NCBI GenBank assembly: GCA_904063045.1
Contig: CAJFCJ010000098.1
Span: 18,959 to 80,255, forward strand
Direction of reading: 5' to 3'
Length of the DNA: 61,297 bases
Source: Dimorphilus gyrociliatus
Taxonomy: Eukaryota > Animalia > Annelida
Positions 1 to 10,844 of this stretch are shown piece by piece. Made by a program: the position numbers and the translations under genes. How positions within the stretch are numbered: position 1 is the first letter of the stretch; every line of letters starts with the position of its first letter. Under the pieces are notes generated by a model. The model had not been told where the DNA came from. It worked only from the letters and a program-made list of their open reading frames with translations, and did not search any database.

Positions 1-134
1 AATATTGAGGAGAATAACAGCATGACTGAGGAAATTGAGGAGAATAACAGCAATGACTGAGGAAAATTAAAAATTGATGAGAAGGAGACAATAATCAAGG
101 ACAAGAAAAGAGTACTGAAGAGTTCACAGAAGAA

Positions 135-1823
135 TTGAGATTATCTATATCATGGAGTAGCAATGACAATAATGATGAAAGTATAAACACAAAGGTTGAC
201 AAAGGAAATATCATTAATGGAAGTGATATTGAATATGATAATGAAATTGAAGTTGAAAATTTTGAAACAATTCAAAATGCATATATAGAATCTGAAAAAA
301 TTGAGGAAGAATCTTTTGAAAGTGAAACATCTGCCAAAGAAAATTCTTCTGACGATTTTCATTTTAAAATTCTGCCACATGGAAGTCAAAAAGGCAAAGA
401 CTTACTTTTTCACAAAGGTTTTTCATATACTATTAAATTAAAAACAAAAACAACTACTGTATGGACTTGTTCTGTCAGAAGCAAAAAAAGAAAATGTAAA
501 GCAAGCATCAATCAAAAAGGAAGCAATTTTGCAATTGGGACAAACATTCATTGTCATTCACCAATAAAAAATTTAGAAACCAGGATTCGTATAAGAAATG
601 AAATCAAAGACAATTGTTCTAGTGATATAAATTCTTCAGGTAAAAGAATTGCTGAAAATGTTCTTGTCAAGTATTCTAGTGCTTCAAACTTACCAAATAT
701 AATTAATTGTAAAGAAGTGGCAAATTGGAATAGAAGGAAGAACAGGCCTATTGTACCTAATGATAAAAACTTTGAGCTGAATATGACATTCATTCCTCCT
801 GAATTTTTAAAGAAGGATATAAATATGAATAATGAGAGGATCATTATCTTTGCAACAAATCATCAATTGGAGCTTTTGTCAAAGGGGAAAATTTGGTACC
901 TTGATGGTACTTTTAAGATTGCCAATGAACCTTTCATTCAAATGTACTCCATTCATGTATTTTTGAAAAAAAATGGACAGCTTAAGCAAGTTCCTTTGCT
1001 TTTTTCTTTTCTGTCTTCTAAAAAAAGAGAGCATATAAACTACTTTTCCAGGTAAGAATTACATTTCATAAATATACTTACTAATAAGCAATCATGTTAA
1101 ATTTTTAAGGCTGTGAAGGATTTAGCTGAAAATTGTGCTCCTAAGAAAATAGTCTTAGACTATGAAAAGGCTGTTTGGAAAACTTTACAAAATATATGGC
1201 CTGATGCTGTCTTGACTGGATGTTCATTTCACTGGTCTCAGGCAATATTTAGAAAAATTCAGGTTTATTGATTTCTAAAATTTTTAACAATCCAATTAAT
1301 ATTTTTTTTGTTTAAGGAACTTGGTTATAGCAGGGAATTTAGAAAAAAAGAGGGAGCTTGGGAATCCATGAGAATGATTATGTCTTTGCCATATTTGCCT
1401 CATGGCATGATTGAAAATCAATTCACTAAAATTCAAAATCAACTGACAAAAGAAAATAAACTGTCTGATTTGTTGGACTATGTGTCTAATAGTTGGATAA
1501 AAAATACATTTTGGTCTCCAGAGACTTGGTCTGTTTTTGATCAAAGCATAAGGACAAATAATGATCTGGAAGGTTATCATCAAAGGCTCAATAAAATTGT
1601 TGGAGAAAATGTTTCTTTTTATTTAGTGATTGATGAGTTAAAGAGGGAAGCAGACATGATAAATCTGTACAAAAAGCTTTTAAGTGAGAGAAAGATAATT
1701 AGACTTCAGAGGAAGACTTATAGCCAAATTCAAAAAGATCTTTTCTTAATTTGGGAAAATTTTAAAACAGGTGAAATTAATGCAAACCAGCTTCTGCAGC
1801 TTTGCTCAGAATTATATTATTGA
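135..1823 (+). pseudogene. FLYWCH-MULE transposase (exons ~135-1051, 1110-1262, 1317-1823) with a 1 bp frameshift near 1034
   Basis: FLYWCH motif (GFSYTIK..TTVWTCSVRSKKRKCKA..H.H), then YLDGTF, LDYEKA, GCSFHW and RTNNDLEGYH (MULE D-D-CxxH-E). GT-AG introns at 1052-1109 and 1263-1316. Restoring one T (cattataaa) gives HYKLLFQ spliced in frame to AVKDL. Confidence 0.85.
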
Positions 1824-2079
1824 AAATAATTGACAATACCTTGATATCAAAAAACTGTACTTGAAAACACTGGTCATTTAATTGTAAAACTTGAAAAAAG
1901 TTTGTCTTTCTTTTAAAGTTGTTTACAAATAATCAATACACAATTTATATGGTAAACCTAAAGTTGCATATATAAAAAGTTTTCTATTAACTTGTTTTTC
2001 AATATAGATTTACATTTAAATGAAATTTATTTTTATTTATGTTTTCTTTTAGTTCATGGATATTTACTTTTAGTTTATA

Positions 2080-2200
2080 GACATTTTCTTTCACTGTATG
2101 GACGTTTTCTTTCACTTTATGGACGTTTTCTTTCACTTTATGGACGTTTTCTTTCACTTTATGGACGTTTTCTTTCACTTTATGGACGTTTTCTTTCACT
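2080..2200. repeat. 21 bp tandem subterminal repeat of MULE family 1 (ttttctttcactttatggacg, about 5-6 copies)
   Basis: Visible directly. It generates the spurious LSLYGRF / KENVHKV repeat ORFs. Copy number is lower in the other family-1 elements. Confidence 0.9.
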
Positions 2201-2357
2201 CCATAAGGAAATATAATTCCTAAAAAATTAAGCTAATAGGAAAAGTTAAGTGATTTTTTTTGTGAATATTTCATTTATTAATTATATGTTTAACATATTC
2301 TTTTACCAAAGGTTTACTTTTTCAACACATATTTATATTTAAATGAAATTTATTTTA

Positions 2358-2453
2358 ATGGACGTTTTCTTTCAGTTCATGGACGTTTTCTTTCAGTTTA
2401 TGGACGTTTTCTTTCATGGACGTTTTCTTTCATGGACGTTTTCTGTCGACCCC
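2358..2453. repeat. Right TIR of MULE family 1, built from 16 bp atggacgttttctttc units
   Basis: Reverse complement of the left TIR seen at 25799 and 32901 (cgacagaaaatgtccatgaaagaaaa). Confidence 0.85.
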
Positions 2454-2970
2454 AAAATTAACACACTTTAAAGGTGTGGATGTATTGCTAAAAGCAGCAA
2501 AACGTTACGAAAAATCAACCTGTGGTAAAGTAATGACAATTATTGCAGGTAATGGTGAACTCTATGGTGTGTTAAAGCGTATGAAAGAAGATTTAGACCT
2601 TGAACATGTATACTTCTTAGGTCACGTTAATCAAGAGACATTAGTTAAAATGTACAATATTGCAGATGTAAGTGTTGTGCCTTCTCGTACAGAACCATTT
2701 GGTCTAGTAGCAATTGAAGCCCTTGCTTGTGGCACACCTGTAGTGGGTACTAACCAAGGTGGTTTACCAGATTTTATTGATAGCAAAGTAGGTCGTCTGG
2801 TTCAAGTAGAAGATGATTTAGAACTGGCTGATGCCATTATGGAAGAACTTAAACACAGCGATAAAGCAGCTAGACGTGCCTACTGTGCTGAATATGCAGT
2901 AAAGGGTTTCTCATTAGAACATTCAATCAAAGCTGTAGAAACATTATATAAAGAAATTTTATGTATGTAA
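2454..2970 (+). pseudogene. 3' half of the GT4 glycosyltransferase, fused directly to the MULE right end
   Basis: Matches the 3' part of the copy at 8446-9548 from aaaattaacacac (K-LTHFKG) to the stop. An in-frame ATG at 2416 lies inside the TIR. Confidence 0.9.
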
Positions 2971-2984
2971 TACTGTAGGTAATT

Positions 2985-3220
2985 GCTCATTTTACTCAAT
3001 ACATATTCTTTAAATGAAATACTTGTGTTTTGCTGATTAATTTCTACCAAAATTACATTTGCTAAGACTATTTGTGGACGAATTCTAAAGGTTCTATTTG
3101 TGTGAGTACTTTGGCAAATTGGCAAATGATTGGAAAGAATGCTTACAGTTGTAAGAAACCAGAAATTCCTCCAATTTCAAAACAACAAAGTACAACCAGT
3201 GATGTTTATAACTGAACCAA
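2985..3220. repeat. Dispersed ~240 bp module of unknown nature (other copies ~4070-4290, 12670-12890, 13750-13975, 40700-40947; partial at 21900-21950, 24280-24460, 61065-61100)
   Basis: Shared ctcatttactcaata...aggttctatttg...agtactttgg...aaatgattggaaag...agaaattcct...caacaaagtacaa, roughly 80% similar by eye. Confidence 0.7.
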
Positions 3221-4368
3221 TATTCTAAAGGATTTTTGATATGTTTTCATTGATTAATTTACATTTTGAATTAATAATTTAATTCATGAGGCAATTTAAA
3301 TGTGTATAAAAACTTTTCAATAATGACAGAAATTGTTCGATTGCTCTGTAATTCATTATTCAATTATTACCACTAAACAATGGAATTTTAATAATTTGGC
3401 ATTTTCCACCATTTTAAAGACCAACGCAGCCTTTTAACAAACATATTTTTAGAATTTTTGTGCACTTAGATATAGTGAATTATCAATACTTGGACTTTAG
3501 ATATCCATTTCTATTTTACAGTCTAATGGTATTGCAATAGCACAATTGTAACAATCATGTATAGCTGTTGAAAAAGTTGTAGCTTGGCAGTTAGTATAAA
3601 AAAGTAGTTTTCTTACTTTTTAAAACACTTAAATCTATTGTAAAAGTATTTTTCTGTTTGTTTTTATTATTTTGTGAGAGATGCTTGTCACTCTCTGTTC
3701 ACATTTCAACCTCTCTCTTATATATACAGCATAAATTGTTTAGATTCAATAAAAACTGCACACAAAATATCTTTTTAAAACATTTTCTCACTTTCAGTTT
3801 TCTTCATTTTCCACTTCTCCTTATCACATGTGACTCGTTGCAGGGGTAGGAACAATATTTCTAGTGATTTTGGAAAATTAGCACTTTGATTACTTTTAGA
3901 GTATGCTAGGCCTAGACTGAGGATTAGGTCTGTTTTCAAATAGTGTTTTTTGAATATTATGAATTCAATATTTATCAAAAGATGCTAAAAAGAAAATTTT
4001 GACAAGATTCCTACTCCCCTCTATAATGTAACTCCTTGGATGATTGATATCAATTTCATAAATTATTGAACAAAATTGTACTTTGTTGTATTGTAATTGT
4101 AGGAATTTCTCCTTCTTCAGAACAGTATTCGTCCTTTCCAATCATTTATCAATGCACCAAAGTACTCACACAAATAGAACCTTTCAAATTCGTCCACAAG
4201 TAGTCTTAAGAAATGTAATTTCAGTAGAAATTAATCAACAAAATGCCAGTATTTTGTTTAAAGAATATCTATTGAGTAAATGAGTTTCTAGTTCTAAACT
4301 ATTTTAAACAATCACCAGGAATATTAGAAGAATAATTAAAATATTTAAGAGCAGTGTAATTAAACAAC

Positions 4369-5480
4369 CTATTTGCTTAGTTCAAAAAGATCACTTCCGC
4401 AATGCCATATCCGTTCCAGAGAAATTCTTTTAAGTTTTGAACAGTGTTTAAACAAGTTAATTATTATTTTAGACTGGTCTTCGCTCAAATTACATTCTGT
4501 AAAGTTGAGGCATTTTAAAGTATTTGACAAATGAAGAAGTTGTGCACAAATATAGAATAGTCCATTGCCTGTTGTATGATTTCCTGTCAGGTAGATTGTC
4601 TCTAGCTTGGCGCATTCTTTAAAAAGGTTTCCAATATGTCTACATTGCCCATTGTTTAAATTACAACAGCCGAAATTTATCTCTTTTAAACAGCTTGACG
4701 ATTGGATGAGTCCTTTACAAATGTTAAATAATCCTTCTCCCATCTGAACATTCCATGCCAAGTTGATTGTGTCTATTTTAGAGCAACTTTAGAAAAGCTT
4801 TCCAATCTTTCTACATTGTTCCTCTTCTAAATTGCAGCCTTTGAAATCAATCTTTATCAGCTGTTTCACTGATTTTAATGTGTCAGCAATATTCCTTAAT
4901 ATTTGTTCTGATATTGTTGTATTTTCTTTTAGAGTATTTGAAGAGTTGTGTAGATGTTTACATATATAAAAAAATCCATTTTCCATATTGTCATTAAATG
5001 ATAAATTGATCTTTTCAATTTTATGGCAGTTATTTAAAAAATTACCAATTTCTCTGGCCATACTTCCATTTAAAAGACAACTTTTTAAATAAATTTCTGC
5101 TAGAGTATTACAACAATTGTAGAGTCCATCCAAAATAGTAGGCAAGCTGTCTTTTAAATCTTTATTCAATGAAAAGTCAACTTTTTGTAAAGAACAACAT
5201 TTCTTTAATAAATCTGCAACATTCTTAATACTATTCCCATCCAAATTACAATTGCAAAAGTTTATAGCTTTGAGTCCAATTGACGATATTAAAAGTGCTT
5301 GGCAAATTTTAGGTAAAAAGTGTTCAACATTTGGATTCCAACTTAAATTAACTTTTTCAATTTTTGAACAGTTTGAAAGCAGATTTGATAGAGTTTCACA
5401 GTTGTTCTTGCCTAAATCACAATAACATAAATTGATCTTTTGTAATGAATTTGATGAAATGAGTAGTTGTTTAAAATTAA
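4369..5480 (-). pseudogene. NLR-type (ribonuclease-inhibitor-like) LRR fragment with an in-frame stop at 4789-4791
   Basis: About 57 aa periodic LRRs (CNLDGNSIKNVADLLKKCCSLQKVDFSLN...). One TAA at KLF*SC. Truncated 5' by a Tc1 fragment. Confidence 0.8.
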
Positions 5481-5945
5481 TGATAGGCCAACTTTCAAAT
5501 CTTCAATTGTATGATGCAATTGAAACATTTTCCAGATATATTGGGCACTGAAGCTAGAAATTGTAAACATTTTGGTAATTTTGTTCAATGATAGCCCTTC
5601 TTGGCATTTTTCAACAACCAAATAACAAATTTTTTATCAATGACCATTATTTTTTTGAAAAACCAAAGATATAATTATAATAAAATACTTTCCTATTTGA
5701 TTTATGCAGCTTAACCCCCTTTTTTTGATTAAATAGATGGTGACTCATTTTTAACTAACCCCTTTTTTCGAGATGTATTTACTAAAACAGGATTTTATAA
5801 AAGAAAAACAATTTTTTGATCATTTTTCGTAAAGGACATTAGTTTATACATATTAATCATTATTATTACCAATTCAAAGTAGCTATTCAGCATAGCTTAA
5901 TATCAAAACAAAAAATTTTACAAGGTGGCTGGGCACTTTTTGCCT
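5480..5945 (-). mobile_element. Tc1/mariner 5' end: long left TIR (~5730-5945) plus HTH N-terminus (~5480-5625)
   Basis: VVEKCQEGLSLNKITKMFTISSFSAQYIWKMF resembles the Tc1 paired-like HTH. The TIR matches the element end at ~20965-21180. Confidence 0.7.
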
Positions 5946-6125
5946 ATATTTGCATTCAATTATTATAGAGGGAAAATTTTCCAACACGATGGGCCCAGCT
6001 GTCATACAGCAGCCAGAGCAAAGGAATACCTAAAGAGAAAGAAAGTTGAAACATTGCATTCATGGCCAGCTAACTGCCCAGACTTCAACATTATTGAAGC
6101 CAATATGGGGCATATATAAAAGTAT
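5946..6125 (+). mobile_element. Tc1/mariner DDE transposase fragment
   Basis: IFQHDGPSCH...WPANCPDFNIIE, matching the Tc1 QDNAPCH / WPxxSPDLNPIE motifs. Confidence 0.85.
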
Positions 6126-6432
6126 TTTTTAAGACAAAACTCTTCCAATCAATGGATGATGACCTAGTTTTATATATCTAAATCTAAAAGAATCAACTAA
6201 TAATATGATAAAATAATTACAATTTTATTCACAAAGTATATTTAAATACAACCATAATAACACACCCATAATGAATTAATTAAAACAAACAAACAGTGAG
6301 TGTTCACAATATGGTATTGGAACAGATGTAACAACTTTGATACACCTGAAAAATTGAATTCAACAATTCAAATGAAGCCACAATACATTGATTTGGAAGG
6401 TAGAATAGCCATCAAAATTGAAAAGTAACCAG

Positions 6433-7944
6433 AATGGATCCTTAACAATTTGGAAAGTACCATCAATATACCAGTAGTTGGATTTGGATAATAAGTTCAG
6501 CTGATGGTTTGTTGCAAAAATTAAGATTCTTTCTCCATTTTCACAAATGTCTTTCTGGAGAAATTCATCAGGTAAAAAAGTTGTGTTCAAGTTGAAATTA
6601 TACACTTTTGGTTCAACTGGCCTGAATTTTTGTCTGTTTGAGTTTGCCATCCTTTTTAAGTAATTGATATCAGGAAGACATTTAGCATTAGGTTCATATG
6701 ATAATAGAAATTTTTCAGCAATGCTTCTTCCAGATGCTTTGTTATCACTTTTGCAAATAGTTTTTACATCAGTTTTTACTTTAACATCTACTTCCAAATT
6801 AGGTTTTCTGTTGTGATTATGTTCCAGATTGCCTTTAATAAATATACTTCCATTTTGTCTTATTCTAGCTACACATCTTTTTTTCTTACTTCTCACACTG
6901 CATACCCAAATTGTTGTTGTAAGTGTTTTATGTTTAACAACAAAAGAATATCCATCATTCAATAAAATGTCATGTCCTTTTCTGCTTCCTCCTTGTACAA
7001 TCTCAAAATCATTCCTCCTGATTGAGTCATTTTCATCTTCTGTATTTTCATCAGTTCCTTCTACATCCATTGATTGGTTTTCTGATTGCCGAGGACTTTC
7101 ATAATCAAATGTTGAATCTTTAACCTCAGCAGGATCACTTCTGTTATCATTGAAGTCCTTATTACTTTCTTTGTATTGATCAATTTCCAGATTTGTTAAC
7201 TTCTTAAGGCTAACAGTACATTTTCTTTTGTTACATCTTGTGCAAACAGGTATGCTAGGTGTTTCTGTGTCAATGTGTTAAGAAAAGATAGTTGCCTAAA
7301 TCATAATTGAAAACTGATGTACCTGAACATTTTCTATGGATAAGATTCTCACAAAGGCAGCATTTCAAATATTTTTGCCTTCCATAAATTTTTGAATCAC
7401 AATTGTTGCACTTTGAAACCATGTTGTTTCAACAGAACAAATTCACTTGATTATTAAAAAATCACTGTCCTTTCCAAATATTCAAAATGGCTGAAATTTT
7501 GTTTATAGCAAATATTGAAATAGTTGTTATTAAAGAAAATATATTAAATTGTAATATTTTGCATCAAAAATCTAGTTAAAAAGCTTTAAATATTTACCTG
7601 TTCAAAATCTACAAAGAAGCACTTTGTCCAAATTTATTCAGGACATACAGCTTACCTTTGAAAGTATATGCTGTCCAAAGTGAAAGTTTATTTCAACCAC
7701 CTTCACTATTGAACTTCCTGCCATTTCACTTTTCAACAATATTTAATATTTTTAAATAATACTTCACATTGATAAAATATTACTTTTTACAGTCTGAGTA
7801 TATACATATATATCTATTATTAACAAAACCATTTGATGAAAAATCAATAAATAAAAGAAAGAGGAAAGAGGGTGGGAATGTACCTGGGTATGTTCACACC
7901 TGCCTTGGGTACATTCGCACCCAGGTACGTTTGCACCTGACCCT
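6433..7944 (-). mobile_element. MULE family 2, 3'-truncated: left TIR, PHD exon, FLYWCH and first catalytic D
   Basis: TIR with repeated ggtgc(g/a)aa(c/t)gtacc motifs at ~7875-7944. GYSFVVKHK..IWVCSVRSKKKRC and YIDGTF are present. Sequence breaks from the longer 60 kb copy after KDPF. Confidence 0.85.
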
Positions 7945-8029
7945 GAAGAAAATATATGATATATGGAGTTATGATAATAATTTGAAAGAAAAAAACTTGA
8001 TTCTGATTCTGATCATACAGATATACACA

Positions 8030-8185
8030 GGTTTCTCCTCCAGTAAAAGATTTTTCCATATTGTAGCACATATTTTTTCTTTAAAAGAAAAAAGAAAAAA
8101 GACAACATTCTGGCTATGCAGTGTTAGGAGCAAAAGAAACAAATGTTCAGCAACAGTCAGCTAGCAGGGAACAACTTTTATCCTA
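8030..8185 (+). mobile_element. Degenerate FLYWCH/MULE fragment (also inverted at ~15520-15670)
   Basis: HIFSLKEKRKKTTFWLCSVRSKRNKCSATVS*QGNNF. Confidence 0.65.
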
Positions 8186-8257
8186 GTTTAATGATTTTTG
8201 AAAAATCTTTAACAAATCTTATATAATTACCACACAATGCCACAAAACTCTTTTGAA

Positions 8258-8390
8258 TAGTACAATCCTGGCTCAATACTACTTCTCTATTGTGAGATTA
8301 TAGTTGACAAATGTATGTGTGCAAAGAAAAAGACTTTTAATATTTGGACTATCAAAATTTACTTTGTAGCATATTTATGCTGACTACTTT
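8258..8390. other. Host-gene-derived fragment, paralogous to ~41595-41710
   Basis: atagtacaatcctggctcaatactacttctctattgtgagattatagttgacaaatgtatgtgt vs atagtacaatactggttcaatactacttctctattgtagaatatagctgacaaatgtatgtgt. Confidence 0.75.
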
Positions 8391-8440
8391 TATAACAAGT
8401 TTCTATTGTTATAGCAAGAAATTTCTCATAAATTACAAGT

Positions 8441-8457
8441 AAGGGATGATGAGTGTG
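8441..8457 (+). promoter_or_regulatory. Shine-Dalgarno-like relic (aaggga, 8441-8446) 8 nt upstream of GTG (8455), with in-frame ATGs at 8446 and 8449
   Basis: The sequence reads aagggATGATGagtGTGaagattttg. The same arrangement is in the inverted copy at ~15183-15199. Confidence 0.45.
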
Positions 8458-9548
8458 AAGATTTTGTTAGTTAATCATTTTCCATTGGAGGGACTGGTAG
8501 TGGCGTGTACACCAAAAATTTGGCAAAGGCTTTAGTAAGTTTTGGCCATAAGGTTAAAATCATTTATCCAGAACACGAAGACAAGACATATAAAGGATTT
8601 GAATCAAGAGTCATTAAGTTTAAGGGACCAAATACAGTAAAGCCTGAAGTGGATTTCAATTTTCCATGTTTTACAACCCATCCAAGAAGTAATACAACTT
8701 ATTATGAATTATCAGATGATCAAATGAAGACTTACATGGATAAATATATAGAAGTGGTTCAAGAGGAAGTAGATACTTTTAAACCAGATATTATCCATGC
8801 ACAGCATTTATGGATTACACCTTATGCTGCTATGTTAACAGGTGTGCCATATGTTATTACTGCCATGGTACGGATTTNNNNNNNNNNGTATAAAGTGCCG
8901 AGCAATAAACGTATGATTTTATTAAATGGTTATGATGAATCCTTATTCCATCCTCTGGACTTAAGTAAAGAAACTGTTTTAAATGAATTTGATGTTACAG
9001 TCAAAACAGATTGTATCGTAGCTTTTGCAGGAAAATTAACACACTTTAAAGGTGTGGATGTATTGCTAAAAGCAGCAAAACGTTACGAAAAATCAACCTG
9101 TGGTAAAGTAATGACAATTATTGCAGGTAATGGTGAACTCTATGGTGTGTTAAAGCGTATGAAAGAAGATTTAGACCTTGAACATGTATACTTCTTAGGT
9201 CACGTTAATCAAGAGACATTAGTTAAAATGTACAATATTGCAGATGTAAGTGTTGTGCCTTCTCGTACAGAACCATTTGGTCTAGTAGCAATTGAAGCCC
9301 TTGCTTGTGGCACACCTGTAGTGGGTACTAACCAAGGTGGTTTACCAGATTTTATTGATAGCAAAGTAGGTCGTCTGGTTCAAGTAGAAGATGATTTAGA
9401 ACTGGCTGATGCCATTATGGAAGAACTTAAACACAGCGATAAAGCAGCTAGACGTGCCTACTGTGCTGAATATGCAGTAAAGGGTTTCTCATTAGAACAT
9501 TCAATCAAAGCTGTAGAAACATTATATAAAGAAATTTTATGTATGTAA
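8446..9548 (+). CDS. Bacterial-type GT4 (GT-B fold) glycosyltransferase, intronless; this copy has a 10-N gap and two 1 bp homopolymer deletions
   Basis: KILLVNHFPLEGTGSG, PDIIHAQH, YVITAHGTDL, AGKLTHFKG and PSRTEPFGLVAIEA (E-x7-E), GTPVVGTNQGG. No signal peptide, TM segment or intron. Indels near 8490 (G run) and 8863 (C run) relative to the inverted copy. Confidence 0.85.
8878..8887. other. Assembly gap (10 N) inside the GT4 gene, replacing ~110 bp present in the other copy
   Basis: N run; compared with 14645-14760. Confidence 0.95.
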
Positions 9549-9632
9549 TACTGTAGGTAATTGCTCATTTTACTCAATACATATTCTTTAAATGAAATAC
9601 TTGTGTTTTGCTGATTAATTTCTACCAAAATT

Positions 9633-10532
9633 AAAATGTTCAGGTACATCAGTTTTCAATTATGATTTAGGCAACTATCTTTTCTTAACACATTGACACA
9701 GAAACACCTAGCATACCTGTTTGCACAAGATGTAACAAAAGAAAATGTACTGTTAGCCTTAAGAAGTTAACAAATCTGGAAATTGATCAATACAAAGAAA
9801 GTAATAAGGACTTCAATGATAACAGAAGTGATCCTGCTGAGGTTAAAGATTCAACATTTGATTATGAAAGTCCTCGGCAATCAGAAAACCAATCAATGGA
9901 TGTAGAAGAACTGATGAAAATACAGAAGATGAAAATGACTCAATCAGGAGGAATGATTTTGAGATTGTACAAGGAGGAAGCAGAAAAGGACATGACATTT
10001 TATTGAATGATGGATATTCTTTTGTTGTTAAACATAAAACACTTACAACAACAATTTGGGTATGCAGTGTGAGAAGTAAGAAAAAAAGATGTGTAGCTAG
10101 AATAAGACAAAATGGAAGTATATTTATTAAAGGCAATCTGGAACATAATCACAACAGAAAACCTAATTTGGAAGTAGATGTTAAAGTAAAAACTGATGTA
10201 AAAACTATTTGCAAAAGTGATAACAAAGCATCTGGAAGAAGCATTGCTGAAAAATTTCTATTATCATATGAACCTAATGCTAAATGTCTTCCTGATATCA
10301 ATTACTTAAAAAGGATGGCAAACTCAAACAGACAAAAATTCAGGCCAGTTGAACCAAAAGTGTATAATTTCAACTTGAACACAACTTTTTTACCTGATGA
10401 ATTTCTCCAGAAAGACATTTGTGAAAATGGAGAAAGAATCTTAATTTTTGCAACAAACCATCAGCTGAACTTATTATCCAAATCCAACTACTGGTATATT
10501 GATGGTACTTTCCAAATTGTTAAGGATCCATT
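9633..10532 (+). mobile_element. MULE family 2 fragment (inverted copy, lacks the left TIR)
   Basis: ORF 10003-10605 has FLYWCH and YIDGTF. A small indel near 9908 shifts the frame. Confidence 0.85.
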
Positions 10533-10844
10533 CTGGTTACTTTTCAATTTTGATGGCTATTCTACCTTCCAAATCAATGTATTGTGGCTTCATTTGAATT
10601 GTTGAATTCAATTTTTCAGGTGTATCAAAGTTGTTACATCTGTTCCAATACCATATTGTGAACACTCACTGTTTGTTTGTTTTAATTAATTCATTATGGG
10701 TGTGTTATTATGGTTGTATTTAAATATACTTTGTGAATAAAATTGTAATTATTTTATCATATTATTAGTTGATTCTTTTAGATTTAGATATATAAACTAG
10801 GTCATCATCCATTGATTGGAAGAGTTTTGTCTTAAAAAATACTT

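Larger units (their letters stand above)
1..2453 (+). mobile_element. Mutator/MULE DNA transposon, family 1, most complete copy; left end lies outside the window
   Basis: FLYWCH plus MULE transposase exons at 135-1823. Right end reads ...atggacgttttctgtcgacccc (ends 2453), matching the ends at 20564, 27666 and 34784. Confidence 0.9.

Noticed and set aside
150-844. Short antisense or overlapping ORFs (e.g. 150-389, 554-844, 6829-7104, 44022-44329 and those inside the NLR)
   Set aside because: They are shadows of AT-rich coding sequence on the other strand or frame, with no motifs of their own.
1992-2216. Repetitive ORFs (LSLYGRF)n and (KENVHKV)n as proteins
   Set aside because: They are translations of the 21 bp subterminal repeat of the MULE.
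9537-9548. GT C-terminus ILCM as a prenylation signal
   Set aside because: The Cys is at -2, not -4, so this is not a CaaX box.
2454-9632. The GT unit as a single Pack-MULE carrying the GT as cargo
   Set aside because: No matching pair of TIRs or TSD encloses the GT. MULE1 cuts into it, and MULE2 points away from it and is truncated.
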